Below are positions 12,986 through 23,810 of a DNA stretch of 64,000 nucleotides, one piece after another. The stretch comes from Anolis carolinensis (taxonomy: Eukaryota). The notes under the pieces were generated by a model, which was not told the DNA's origin, did not search any database, and saw only the letters and a program-made list of their open reading frames with translations. The DNA lies in contig NC_085842.1 in assembly GCF_035594765.1 (NCBI RefSeq), forward strand, positions 137,343,036 to 137,407,035, in the 5' to 3' direction. Both the position numbers and the translations under genes were made by a program. How positions within the stretch are numbered: position 1 is the first letter of the stretch; each line of letters opens with the position of its first letter.

Positions 12986-15605
12986 ATAATAACAACAATC
13001 GTAAAACTACAACTCCTTGAATTCCATTGCACTGATTTATGGCACATTCAAGTGGAACCAATCATTTCAAGGTGCAGGTGCACCCTTCTTGCCAAAATGC
13101 ATGCTAGGTACAGTAAATGTAGTTGCTTTTTAAAAAGAAGTTACAATTAAATAAGTTAACTTTTTCTTCCTGCTGAGAAAGGCAAACAAGAGATGCGTGT
13201 AATGGAGACTGACTATTCGGAGGTGGCTTACCTTTATACATTCAAGGAGTCCGAAGGAGAGCCGAGCAGCACCACCGTCCAGGTTCTCAGTTACGTATCA
13301 ATGGGGGATGATGGGAGATGTCATCCGGAATAAGAAGGAAAAGGAATTGATTTCTGGGAGATGATGGGAGCCGCCATCCAATGAAAGAGGAAGGGAATTT
13401 TGTTATCTATGGGATTATAGGAGCTGTTATCCAAAAAAGGGGAGAAGCTTTCCCAGCTGGAAGGTGATGGGAGCTGTCATCCAAAAAGAGGGGAATGATC
13501 TCTGGTGGATGATAAGATTTGTCATTTCAAGAAAGAGGAAAGCAGTATTGCTAGTTGGAGGTTGATGGGAGATGTCATCAAAAGAAGAAGAGGGCTGTTT
13601 TGGTAGCTGAGAGATGATGGGAGCTATCATTCAAAAAGGAATTCAGCATTGCTAGCTGGGGAATAATGTGAACTGTCATCCAAAAACATTTTTGAAAATG
13701 GCATTCATAACCTTTTGGAGATCATAATTTTTTTACATAAGCATGATCTTTCAGAGAAGAGCCAAAACCCTTTTGAGTAGAATCTTCTCTTATGATATAC
13801 AATCAGATAAAGATATGCAAGGCAATGGTTTCAGTTGACCTGTTATCTCTGATTTGTTAGGAAAACAGAGATTTTGCCAGTGCATAAAAAACAGCAGTGC
13901 TTCAGAAATGTTTTTCAGTTCCATATACTCTTCCATAAAAAAAACTTGTTTTATAACATGCACTCAAGAGCCAAAAATGAAGCAGACTTTGATTAAAAAA
14001 AACATATTTGGTTTACTCACAACCATTATGTGTTCAGCATACACAGGTACAAAACTTATCAGTCCAGTTTCAGATATGTTTGAGATAATTATCTGTGCCA
14101 TCTGCCAGGACATCTCTTACAGCAAAAACAGCAAGTAAGTGTGTGATATGAGGTCTGAAGTAGTCTGTAGCCTGTCTGCAGTAGTTTGTCAGTCTGCTGT
14201 GATCATGTGATCTTCAGCCCCTTTTATAACTTCTCAGGAACCATAGAGTAAAGGAAGCTGCACACCAGAACATACATACAAACAGTAAGCAACAGGATCA
14301 TCACATGACTAGAGAATGCGTGGAGAAGGTTGTAATTTCTAATAAAAAGGAAGGCAATAATTACTAAGTGGTTATGGGCCCTAATATTGATTTTTCACTG
14401 ACATTCAGCCCGAAATCCAGAACTGACTCCAGAGATATTGGAGAAATTCAAGGCGTACTATCACAGCGTTGGACTCAGTGATGACATGATGGCAATCCTG
14501 CCCAAGTCTGGTGAGTTCAAAGGAGGCTGAGAGAGTGTGATCTCCCCAATGCGTTTCAGTGGCTGATTAAAGATTCGAAACTGGGTCATTTAGTATCATA
14601 GCCCAAACCATGTTGGCTCTCAAGGCAACTATGAAAATATTGGGCTAGAAACCTCATCCTTAGTCCTTATTAGGTTAGACCCCCTTGAATCAGGAAGGGT
14701 CAGAGTTTGAATTCTTCACCAATTACGGTAGCAAATCCCCGAATAACTCACTCCATGGCTCCTTAGTTTTTTTTACTCATTCACCTTTTCCCTTTTTGCT
14801 TTCCAGATGTGTGCTTCAGGGCTCTCAGGTGAGTGGGGAGATAGGAGATCTGTAGTTTCCCAAGATCTGTTCTTGGAGAAGCCTATGAAACATTTGTAGC
14901 AACAGGCAAAAACTGAGGGAGAACAGAAAGGGGAATGTTTTGAAGACAAAGAATTAATCAAATTAAGACCATTGGATGGACTTGATTCGAAAGCATGATC
15001 TGGTGCTTACTCACATATTATTAATACAAGTAATCATATTATTATAAATAATAATTATCATCATTAATAGCAATAATGCAGTATGTATCCTTAATAATTA
15101 TTATTATTACAAATAACAATAATAACGATTATCTTTAAAATTAATACTGATTTGTGTCATTATAAATAATAATATTTACTATTACAAACAATCATAAGGT
15201 TTCTCGTCATAAATATTGTTACAAATAATAGTATTTATATGTTGTCAAAGGTTTTCGTGGCCGCAATCATTGGGTTTCTGTGAGTTTTCTGGGCTGTAAG
15301 GCCATGTTCCAGAAGCATTCTCTCCTGACATTTCGACTGCCAATTGCAACCATTCACACTTATCTCAAACAGACAAGAGCTCTTTCTCTCACCCTGGACC
15401 TTCCACAGATATATAAACCCCACTTGCCTACCTCTGAGGATGCCTGCCATAGATGTGGGCGAAATGTCAGGAGATAATGTTTCTGGGACATGGCCATACA
15501 TCCCGGAAAACTCACAGCAACCCAATAGTATTTATAATTACAAGTAATAATAATATTTATTCTTACAAATAATAATGATATTTATTATTATTTTTCAGTG
15601 GATGA
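9934..15605 (+). CDS. LCN15: Lipocalin-15 / CALbeta-like secreted lipocalin, ~180 aa
   Basis: Exons 9934-10026, 11458-11597, 12559-12629, 13182-13289 (atypical splice sites), 14409-14510, 14807-14828, 15599-15605. Protein MALLLPPLFLLLWAFAAQADVTIQPDFDLEKFAGSWHLMAGASDCPIF...METDYSEVAY...TRNPEL...LPKSDVC; the ASDC motif is typical of LCN15; AATAAA at 15730. Orthology name is tentative. Confidence 0.8.
10320..11140 (+). mobile_element. Decayed non-LTR retrotransposon RT C-terminal fragment
   Basis: ORF 10346-10705 KAKIVPMILYGAEIWG...QSKFLRQMLGV..TSAAVRDEL; ends near AATAAA at ~11128. Confidence 0.65.
11850..12500 (+). repeat. Degenerate ~120 bp tandem repeat in intron 2 of the LCN15-like gene
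   Basis: Recurrent gggcaaatatgcaaga...gagaatgatc...ttgtaaggtcaaagtgaatcaattttcaaa. Confidence 0.7.
13300..13690 (+). repeat. ~60 bp minisatellite in intron 4 of the LCN15-like gene
   Basis: Repeated gatgatgggagctgtcatccaaaaagagg units. Confidence 0.75.
15240..15525. mobile_element. Penelope-like non-autonomous element (inverted pseudo-LTR arms)
   Basis: Left arm gagttttctgggctgtaaggccatgttccagaagc is inverted relative to right arm ttctgggacatggccatacatcccggaaaactc; contains a hammerhead core. Confidence 0.75.
15431..15471 (+). ncRNA. Minimal hammerhead ribozyme (Penelope-derived)
   Basis: cct-CTGAGGA-t-gcctgc-catagat-gtgggc-GAAA-tGTC-agg. Confidence 0.6.
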
Positions 15606-16319
15606 AGAAGACAGCTAAAGCTCTGGACCTCCTCCAAATCAGAAATCGCACATTTCCCCTTCCTCTTTCACATCTTCTGCAATTTTTGACCTGGCTCTTC
15701 AATTCCCCAATTCCTTCTTGCTGAATAATAATAAACATAATTTCAAAATATATTTTTCTTTGTATCATTTGGTCCATGGGAGGGAAATCCACAAATAACG
15801 CACAGAATGTCTTTGTTTACCTATCAAAGAAGGCTTGCGCCATGCTTCAGCCATACTGAAGTTGGATAGAGATAGTTATATGGAATATACTATATACATA
15901 CACACACAAGGCTGAAAATCAGAGAGATGTATTCTGAGCATATGCAGAGTGCTTTCTCTTATCCATAGCAAGTTTGTCTTATTATAGGAGTTTATGTACA
16001 TAAATATATCTAATTATAGCAGGATATATGTGTGTGTGGATAAGATTCAAAATCAGGGAGCCTCTGAGCATATGCAGAATGTGTTCCCTGATCCACAGCT
16101 ATTAAGAAAGAGGAATGAGTTTATCCAAGTATAGAAGTATATGTGTGTGTGTGTATAAACATATACACACGGTTGAAAATCAGGGAAACTATGACCATAG
16201 GCAGAGTGCTTTCCCTGATCATCGAAGAGTAGCAAGATTATGGGAATTCATGTCTATAAATGTATGTGATTATAAATATATATATATATATATATACACA
16301 TAAATTCATCTTATGTCAG

Positions 16320-16352
<33 letters not shown>

Positions 16353-17188
16353 ATTTACACTTACATATACACAAAGGGTTGAAAATCAGGGAGACTCTGA
16401 CCATGTGCAGAGTGAGTTCCCAAAACCACAAAGAGGAACAAATTGATTCATTTATAGGATCCTACTCATTGAATGGTCATGGCTCCATGTATTTGTCTTT
16501 TCTTGTCTTGGGATGCATCTACATTGTCAAGTCAATGTAGTTTGACCCTATGTTAACTGCCATGGCTTCAAGAAAATGGGATCCTGGGAGCTGTAGTTTC
16601 CCAAGCTCTCTGGCAAACTCTAATGGACCTCCTAGGAGGTATCTCCTTCTTTGGAGGCCTTTCGAACATCTGTTGGATTGAGGGCTTTAGTTGTGGATCC
16701 CTTGCAGGGCAGAAGGCAATTGGACTAGATGCTCTTTGGGGTCCCCTTCCTGGGTCTTATGACCTTCCAAGGTCCTGTGATTCCTCTCAAGAACAATTTG
16801 TACGAAATGTCAATCTGTCGACCTGTGCTTCAATGAAGGCCCTGTCCCGGCTTATCTTCCTAGCCTGGCATCAACTCTTATCCCTTCTTAGATAAGGGTG
16901 ACCTTTTGAAGTTGACCGCTGGCCAAATGCTTATTGGGTCCGGGGCCAAAGCAAATGCCCAACTCCAAGGGCCCTTTGTGGGGTTGGAGGTCCACTGTGG
17001 CCACTGTAAGGCCAAGAACAATCTGGCCATCTCTGCAGCATTGGCACAGGGTCATCAGATAGGTAAGGAAAGGAAGAGGTCAGCTAAGGACAAGGTCTGG
17101 GCTGAGTATAAAGAGAGGACTTCTTCGTTGAATCAAGTCATTCTTCTTCTGTTCTAAGAACATTCATCCAAGAAAAGGAAGAAGGCCC

Positions 17189-20100
17189 ATGCAAAAGATG
17201 AACATCTGGCTGCTTGGACTGGGCATTGCCCTTCTCTGGACCGTCCATGCCGAGGATGATGGGCCCTCTGATACCGTCAATGAGAAGGTAATGGACCCTG
17301 GCTGGGATGGGATTGGCACCACAATGTTGGGCTTTGCTATGACCCCTCCCTCCCTCCCTCTAACCTCTCCAGGGTCCGAAGGAGATGTACGCTTTGGGGG
17401 TTGCCACCAATGACCCGAAGTTGTTCCAGCACGTGAAAACGATGAACAACATGGCCAAGGTCACCTATGAGGAGCTGGAGGACGGTAGCCTCTCAGTGAC
17501 CGCCATGATCCCACTGTAAGTGTCAAGCAGATCTTCATGGCAGATCTTCCTCTTCCTCCCTTCTCCTTCTCCTTCCTTTTCCCTCTCCTTCTCTTCTTCC
17601 TCAGCCTCCTCCTTTCTCCCTCCTCTCCTCTTCCTTCTCCCTCTCTTTCTGCTCTTTTAACTTCTCGACTTCTCCTCCTCCTCCTTAACTTCTCATCCCT
17701 TCAGAAACTAAAACGGGTTTCCTGGTAAAAATACAGGCCTTTGCTCTGAACCCTCAAAATTCTTCATATCTATTTCAATAATCAGTTGTTTGTGGGTAAA
17801 GTATGTCTGCTTTTAAATGTAGTCTTTAATACCTCACAACCTCTGAGGATGCCTGCCATAGATGTGGGCGAAACGTCAGGAGAGAATGCTTCTGGAACAT
17901 GGCCACACAGCCCGAAAGACATACAACAACCCTGTGATCCCGGCCATGAAAGCCTTCGACGACACGTAGTCTTTAATGCTTAAAATAAAGTCAGGCTTGG
18001 CTAAATGCAATACTATAGGGTATTTCAAACAGATGCACCTAATTTGAAATTGCTAGATCTCTGCAACCACAAACCTCCCACAAATAAAACTCTTACCCCT
18101 TGAAAGGGTGGGACATAGAGATTCACATGATTACTGGTAGATGCCCCTCCGCCCCCTCCTGACCTTCCGAAAGAGAGTGAAAATGTGGCTTTGGGATCAA
18201 GGCTTTGGAGAATAATTGTAGTGCAATAGATAGATATGGAATATTATGTGCAATGACTACTGGAATGGCCCGAATTACTATTGTGGATAGTGTGGTTTTA
18301 ATAGTGAATGTAACATTTATAAATGTTTTAATGCATTTTAAATCCAATTTAAAATATTTATTTTAATTGTACATTGTTTTAAGGCATCAGTGGCACAGCG
18401 GTTTAAACCACTAAGCTGCTGAACTTGCTGACCACAAGGTTGGTGGTTCGAATTTGGGGGGTGGGGTGAGCTCTTGCTGTTAGCTCCAGCTTCTGCCAAC
18501 CTAGCAGTTCAAAAAAATGCAAATGTGAGTAGATCATTAGTTACCACTCCAGCAGGAAGGCAACAGTGCTGTATGCACTCATGCTGGCCACAAGACCTTG
18601 AAGACGTCTACGGACAACGCTGGCTCTTCGGCTTAGAAATGGAGATGAGCACCAACTCCCAGAGTTGGACATGACTAGACTTAATGTCAGGGGAAAACCT
18701 TTACCTTTACCTAAGCTTCTTTGAGTCCCCTTTGGGATTGAGAAGTGCAGGGTATAAATATGGAAAACAAAGAAATACATTCTGCTTTTTTTCTTTTTTC
18801 TTCCTCTTCCTAATTTTTCTCCTCCTCTTCCTTCCATTGTTCCTCCACCTTGACTTCTCTTCTTCCTCTTCCTTTCTTCTTCTTTTGCCTTTTTCCTCCT
18901 CCTTCTCTTCTTTCCGCTCTTCTTCCTTTTCTCCCTTAATTTCTACTCCACCTTTATTCCTCTTTCTTTCTTTCCACCTCTTCCCTTCTACTTCCTTCTT
19001 GACCTCCTCCTCCTCCTCCTGCCTATCTTCTTTTGTCTTCTCCTTTCTTCTCTTCCTTTCCTCCTCCTCTCTTTCTTCTTCTTTCCTCATCTCTTTTTTC
19101 TTCCTTTTCTCTCTCCTCCTCCTGTTCCTTTTCCTCTTCCTTTCTTTCTCTCTTCATCATCTTCTTCTTTTTCTTCTTCTTCCTTGACTTCTTCCTCTTC
19201 TTTCTTCTTTCCCCCTCTTCCTTCCTTCCTCTCTTCCTCCTCCTCCCTCTTCTCTTTCTCTTCTCTCTTCTTATTCTGCGATGTCTCTGCTTTTCTTCTG
19301 CAGGAAAGAACGCTGCAAGTCTTTCACAGAGACCTTCAAGAAGACTGAAGATGGGAAATATGTTAAAATGTGCAGTCAGTATGGGGCAGACTTTTTTTGG
19401 GGGGGGGGGGGTAAACTGGGGCACCCTCCCATTCAGGGACCCCATGGTTTGGGTTCCTCTAGGTCCGGCTCAGAGCGGCCCTTGGTGTTGAGTTTGTTTT
19501 GGGTTTCAGTCAGATCCAAGGCCCTCCTGACCCACTTCTCCCTCTTTTTTCCTCTAGAATGGGGCCAGAAAGTTCTCCATATTATCCATGAGGCGGATGG
19601 ATCCTTCTCCACTGTGGTTGTGACTATAAAGAAGGAGGGCCAGGAACCCAAAGTGATGGTTATACTTTTGGGTAACATTTCCACTCCTTTTCCTAAATTA
19701 ATGCGGAATTAATGCAGTTTGACACCATTTTAATTGCCATGACTCAATGCTACGTGGTTCTGGCAGTGGTGGTTTTGCAAGGTCTATAGCCTTCTCTGTC
19801 AAAGAGGGCCAATCTACAACCTTCACAGTATTGCACCAGGACAGTTAAAGTGGTGCCAAATTGCATTAATTCAACTGTGTAGGCAAGTGATTCCCAAAGT
19901 GGGCGCTACCGCCCCCTAGTGGGCGCTGGAGCGATCCAGGGGGGCGGTGATGGCACCTATTAGGACACGGGGATGGGGGATGGGGCGGGGCCAGGGGAGG
20001 GGCGGGGCCTCTTCCCAAGTGCCGGAGACAGGGCTGAGCACCTGAGGCACCTGTTAGGACACAGGGGGGGGGGGGGGAGCTAGAGGAGTGGGCGTGGCTT

Positions 20101-20634
20101 CTTCCCAAGAGCCTGAGACAGGGCTGAGCTGTATACCTCTCCTGAGAGGTCTTTTAGGACTAAAGGCTGGGGGTAGGGGTGGGGGCAGGGCCTCTTCCCA
20201 AGAGCACGAGACAGGGCTGAGCCTCTGTATACCTCCCCTGAAGCGCTTGTTAGAACATAGGGGCGGGGTATAGAGGTTCAGCCCCGCCAGGCACTTGGTA
20301 AGAGCCCCCGCCCCCTTCCCTAGCCCTGTCCCCTGTGTCCTGGCAGGCACCACAGGACAGGGATAGAAGCTCAGCCCTGTCTCAGAGCTCGTAATTCCAG
20401 CCATCCCAGTCCTGGCCGCCCATTTGTGGCCCCGCCCACCTCCCCTCCCAGCCCTGCATCTTGGACTAGGGGAGAGGCTCAGCTCTGCCCTCTTGAGCAG
20501 GAGCCACGCCCACCCCTCTAAGCTATGCCCCCTTTCCAGGGGGTGCTGAGTCATATTTTTTCTGGAAAGGGTGCGGCAGGCTAAATAAGTTTGGGAACCA
20601 CTGGTGTAGACACATCCCAAGTGGGGGTGTACCA

Positions 20635-20672
<38 letters not shown>

Positions 20673-22060
20673 CCACCACATTATGATGATGATATTGATG
20701 ATGCATGGAATTATAAATTATTTTAAATTATTATGATATAATTATGATTATGTATGGGTTATGAACCGTTTTTGAATTATTATTTATTGACAATGAAAGT
20801 GATTTATTTTTATTGTGTCCGAAGTTTTTTCCCCCTTGCTGCCAGTTAGAAGGGTAGGCTCCGCCCACTTCGTCTCCTAGCAACTGTATGCCATGGTTTC
20901 TTGGTTCGTAAATGATCTTTGTGGCTTTGAAAAATCCCTGGGTATCTGCAAAGTGTTGGATTTCTTCAGCCTTCTTTGTCCACCAGATGTTCTTGAGTTC
21001 TCTGGTCCTTCTTTGGACCTCAGCTTTTGCACTAACAGAGATCTTTTTCTTAGCAGCACAGTTGGTGTCTCTCTGCCATGTTTGCAAGGCTTTCCTTTTG
21101 TTATCAATTAACTGTTGGATCTCTTTATCATTATCGTCAAACCAGTCTTGATGTTTCTTAGTTTGATATCCAATGGTTTATTCGCAGGCCTTGATGATGG
21201 AGGTCTTCAGTTTGTTCCAGTGTTCCTCAACGTTTTGTTGCCATATAATCCAGTTCAGTGTGGATTTTATACAGCTGTGTAGAAGGGGCCTCATATAATC
21301 GAGGTCTAAGCTGATAATATAAGATTATAAATATAATATCTAAAATTACTGTGATATAATAATACAGAACAATATAATCTCTAAAATCAGGATAGTAAAT
21401 AAAGAGCAACACTCTGAAAACAGGGGAATTCCAGAAAGGAAATAACCAGGGTCAGCTACCTCCTCCAAACAAAGGATTCCCCCAGGCAGGAAGCAGCCAG
21501 GCTTTGAAGCTGCAAGGCCATTAAATGCTAATCAAGGTGACTAATGGCAGCATGCATACTTGCTGCACTGAGACTATTCAGTGCTATTTAACCTGGCCAA
21601 CCAAGATCCCCTAGATAGAAAACCCTCAGGTTTTGAAGCTACGAGGCTACTCTGTCCCATTCAACCTGCCCAAGGAAGGATGCCCCTATACAGAAAACGG
21701 CCAGGCTTTGAAGCAGCAAGGCTATTCAGTGCAATTCAAATTGGCCAAAAAAACCATTCCCCTAGAATGCAAGTACCCAGCCTTCCAAGCAGCAAGCCTA
21801 TTCCATTGTATTCCAGCTCACCAAACAAGGATTCGCAGAAGAAGAAAACTGCCAGGCTTTGAGGCTGCAAGGCTATTCACTACTACTGTATTCCATCTGG
21901 CCAACAAATGAGTCCCATAAGCCACAGCAATGCGTGGCCGGGCACAGCTAGTAATATATAATATCAATATAAAATAATAATTATAAAAATAACAACGTGA
22001 TTATAATAATACATAGTATCTTAAAATAATAAAATATAATAATAAATATGACAATTATCT

Positions 22061-22123
<63 letters not shown>

Positions 22124-22760
22124 TACTGCACCTAAAGCAGGCAAACCCATGAATGCACCTGGCTGCAAATGTGATTTCTCTGGTTTTGAAAAACTGATGT
22201 CCAAACCCCCTGGGTTTTCATGGCAGATGTCTTGCAAACAATCTCAAACTCTCAGGACCATCACTCTCTCTTTTCTTTTCTGTAGCCAAAGATCCTAGCA
22301 TTATCCCAGAAGAGAAATTTATGAAGAGGGTAAAGGAATACGGTTTGGCAAAGGAACACACAAAGATCTTCTCCAGCGGGAAAAGTAAGTACTACTTTGG
22401 AAGACGTAGTTCAATCCCATGGATGGCAAGGTGAACTGGGTCGCCCAACCTGACACCAAACTCAGGCATAAAGGCCTGAATGTGAGGTTTTGACATTGCC
22501 TGGACTGGGTCCTTCACCTTGTTTGTGGAGAGTGGTGCCGCTGGGCATACAAAGAGTGCCTGCCTTTCACTCAGAGATATGGATACCATTCTGGATGGAA
22601 GGCAGCTCTTGGCAAAGGCTGGGAAAGACCTTTTTGAAACTATAACTTCCAAGATTCTGGATCCAATTGAGTTGGGCGGGGGATTCTGGGAGTTCTAGTC
22701 CCATAAGATCACTTTTGCTCCTTCTTTCTCTTTGCAGTGTCTTGCGCAGAATCAAACTAG
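17189..22760 (+). CDS. Highly divergent (outlier) secreted lipocalin, 182 aa
   Basis: Exons 17189-17287, 17373-17515, 19304-19374, 19558-19671, 22286-22384, 22738-22760. Sizes (99,143,71,114,99,23) and phases (0,2,1,1,1) match the neighbouring lipocalins; signal peptide; conserved exon-3 and C-terminal Cys; TATAAA at ~17107; probable 3'UTR exon from ~23237 with AATAAA at ~23305. Confidence 0.8.
17831..17965 (+). mobile_element. Penelope 3' fragment with 12-bp TSD
   Basis: GTAGTCTTTAAT is duplicated at 17819-17830 and 17966-17977. Confidence 0.8.
17840..17880 (+). ncRNA. Minimal hammerhead ribozyme, intact core (Penelope-derived)
   Basis: Stem I cct/agg; CUGAGGA 17843-17849; stem II gcctgc/gtgggc; GAAAC-GUC cleavage triplet ending at 17877. 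Confidence 0.75.
18383..18712 (+). mobile_element. Sauria SINE
   Basis: tRNA-like head, conserved core, ACCTTT tail. Confidence 0.85.
18780..19300 (+). repeat. ~520 bp polypyrimidine (CT-rich) low-complexity tract
   Basis: Almost exclusively C/T, ending at the exon-3 acceptor of lipocalin gene 3. Confidence 0.9.
19885..20603. mobile_element. GC-rich non-autonomous hAT transposon
   Basis: TIRs (c/a)agtgattcccaaa ... tttgggaaccactg; imperfect 8-bp TSD gtgtaggc/gtgtagac; subterminal gagacagggctgagc repeats in both orientations. Confidence 0.7.
20870..21226 (-). mobile_element. RTE (BovB-like) LINE fragment
   Basis: Minus ORF KAEVQRRTRELKNIWWTKKAEEIQHFAD..GFFKATKIIYEPRNHG. Confidence 0.75.
21227..21951 (+). 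mobile_element. Non-autonomous Helitron (3' part) carrying Penelope-derived repeats
   Basis: 3' hairpin gccac-agcaatgc-gtggc (21921-21938) followed by CTAG (21948-21951). Confidence 0.65.
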
Positions 22761-23810
22761 GTGAGTTTGAGCAAATTTGGACTGGGATTTGAGGACATGA
22801 ATTTGGGGTCATTTGGGGACAGGAAAAAACTAAAATGAGCAGCTGTCAATCAGCCTAAATCCATCAATGAAGGAAAGTATTATGAGATAGCAGCAATTGG
22901 CTTGAGACTGTAACGTCACCAGCACATTTCCTCCCCAAATTAGATATTTAATGCAATGTCTAGGGACTTTTGAAAACAGCTATGGAAGACTGGGAGTTGT
23001 AGTTTGCCGCTCCACAAAGCTTGGAAAATTACAACTCCCAGGATGCCATCACATTCGTCCATTTTGGTTAAAGTGGCATCAAATTGCATTAATTTGACCG
23101 TGTAGGCGCACTCAGAGAAGGTGGTGGCCCTTGGAAAACTGCAGATCCTTGGATGCCATTGTACTGAGCCATGGCGGTCAAAAGTGGCCTCAAAGTACAA
23201 CTTCCTATGCTGACTTTGCCGACTTCCTCTTCCATAGGTTTCTTCCAAAGGTCTGGAAGATGGAATCCTTGTGGCCTGAAGGGAATGCTCCATCTAATTC
23301 TATTAATAAACCAGATCCAGAAACTACACTTGATGTCTGTTGTTTGGGTCGGGGGAACTACAACTCCCAAAGTGAGAAAAGTCAAAAGAACCTTTTCTGA
23401 GGGTCAACCTCTTGGCTTTAACCCAGTAACACAAGCATGATAAGAGCCAAGATGACTAAACTGAGAATTTTGTACTTGGAACACATCAACAGAAGACAGG
23501 ACACACTAGAAAAGTATTAATACTTGGTAAGGAAAAGGACAGTAGGAAAAGAGGGCAGGCCTGTAGCCAGGAGAGGTTTTAAGGGTTCAACCCCCCCCCC
23601 AACCCCAAAATGTTTCAGGTTAAAAAAACCAGGTTTAATCAAGAATTTTAACAGGTTAATCCATGAGTAAACCAGTTTTTTTTTAAAAAAAACATGAAAC
23701 ATTTTGGGGGGAAATGTTGAACCCTTCAAACCCCCTTCTGGCTACAGGCCTGAAAATGGGAGCTGGGCCTGTTTTGCCAGGAGAAAGAGAAGATAGGACA
23801 TGACAGCCAT

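Noticed and set aside
13700-14380. Possible DNA transposon remnant in LCN15-like intron 4 (short cataacc/ggttatg inverted ends)
   Set aside because: Inverted ends are too short and no convincing transposase motif is present.
18684-19491. Long ORFs rich in F/L/S or E/K/R
   Set aside because: Artefacts of the CT-rich low-complexity tract.
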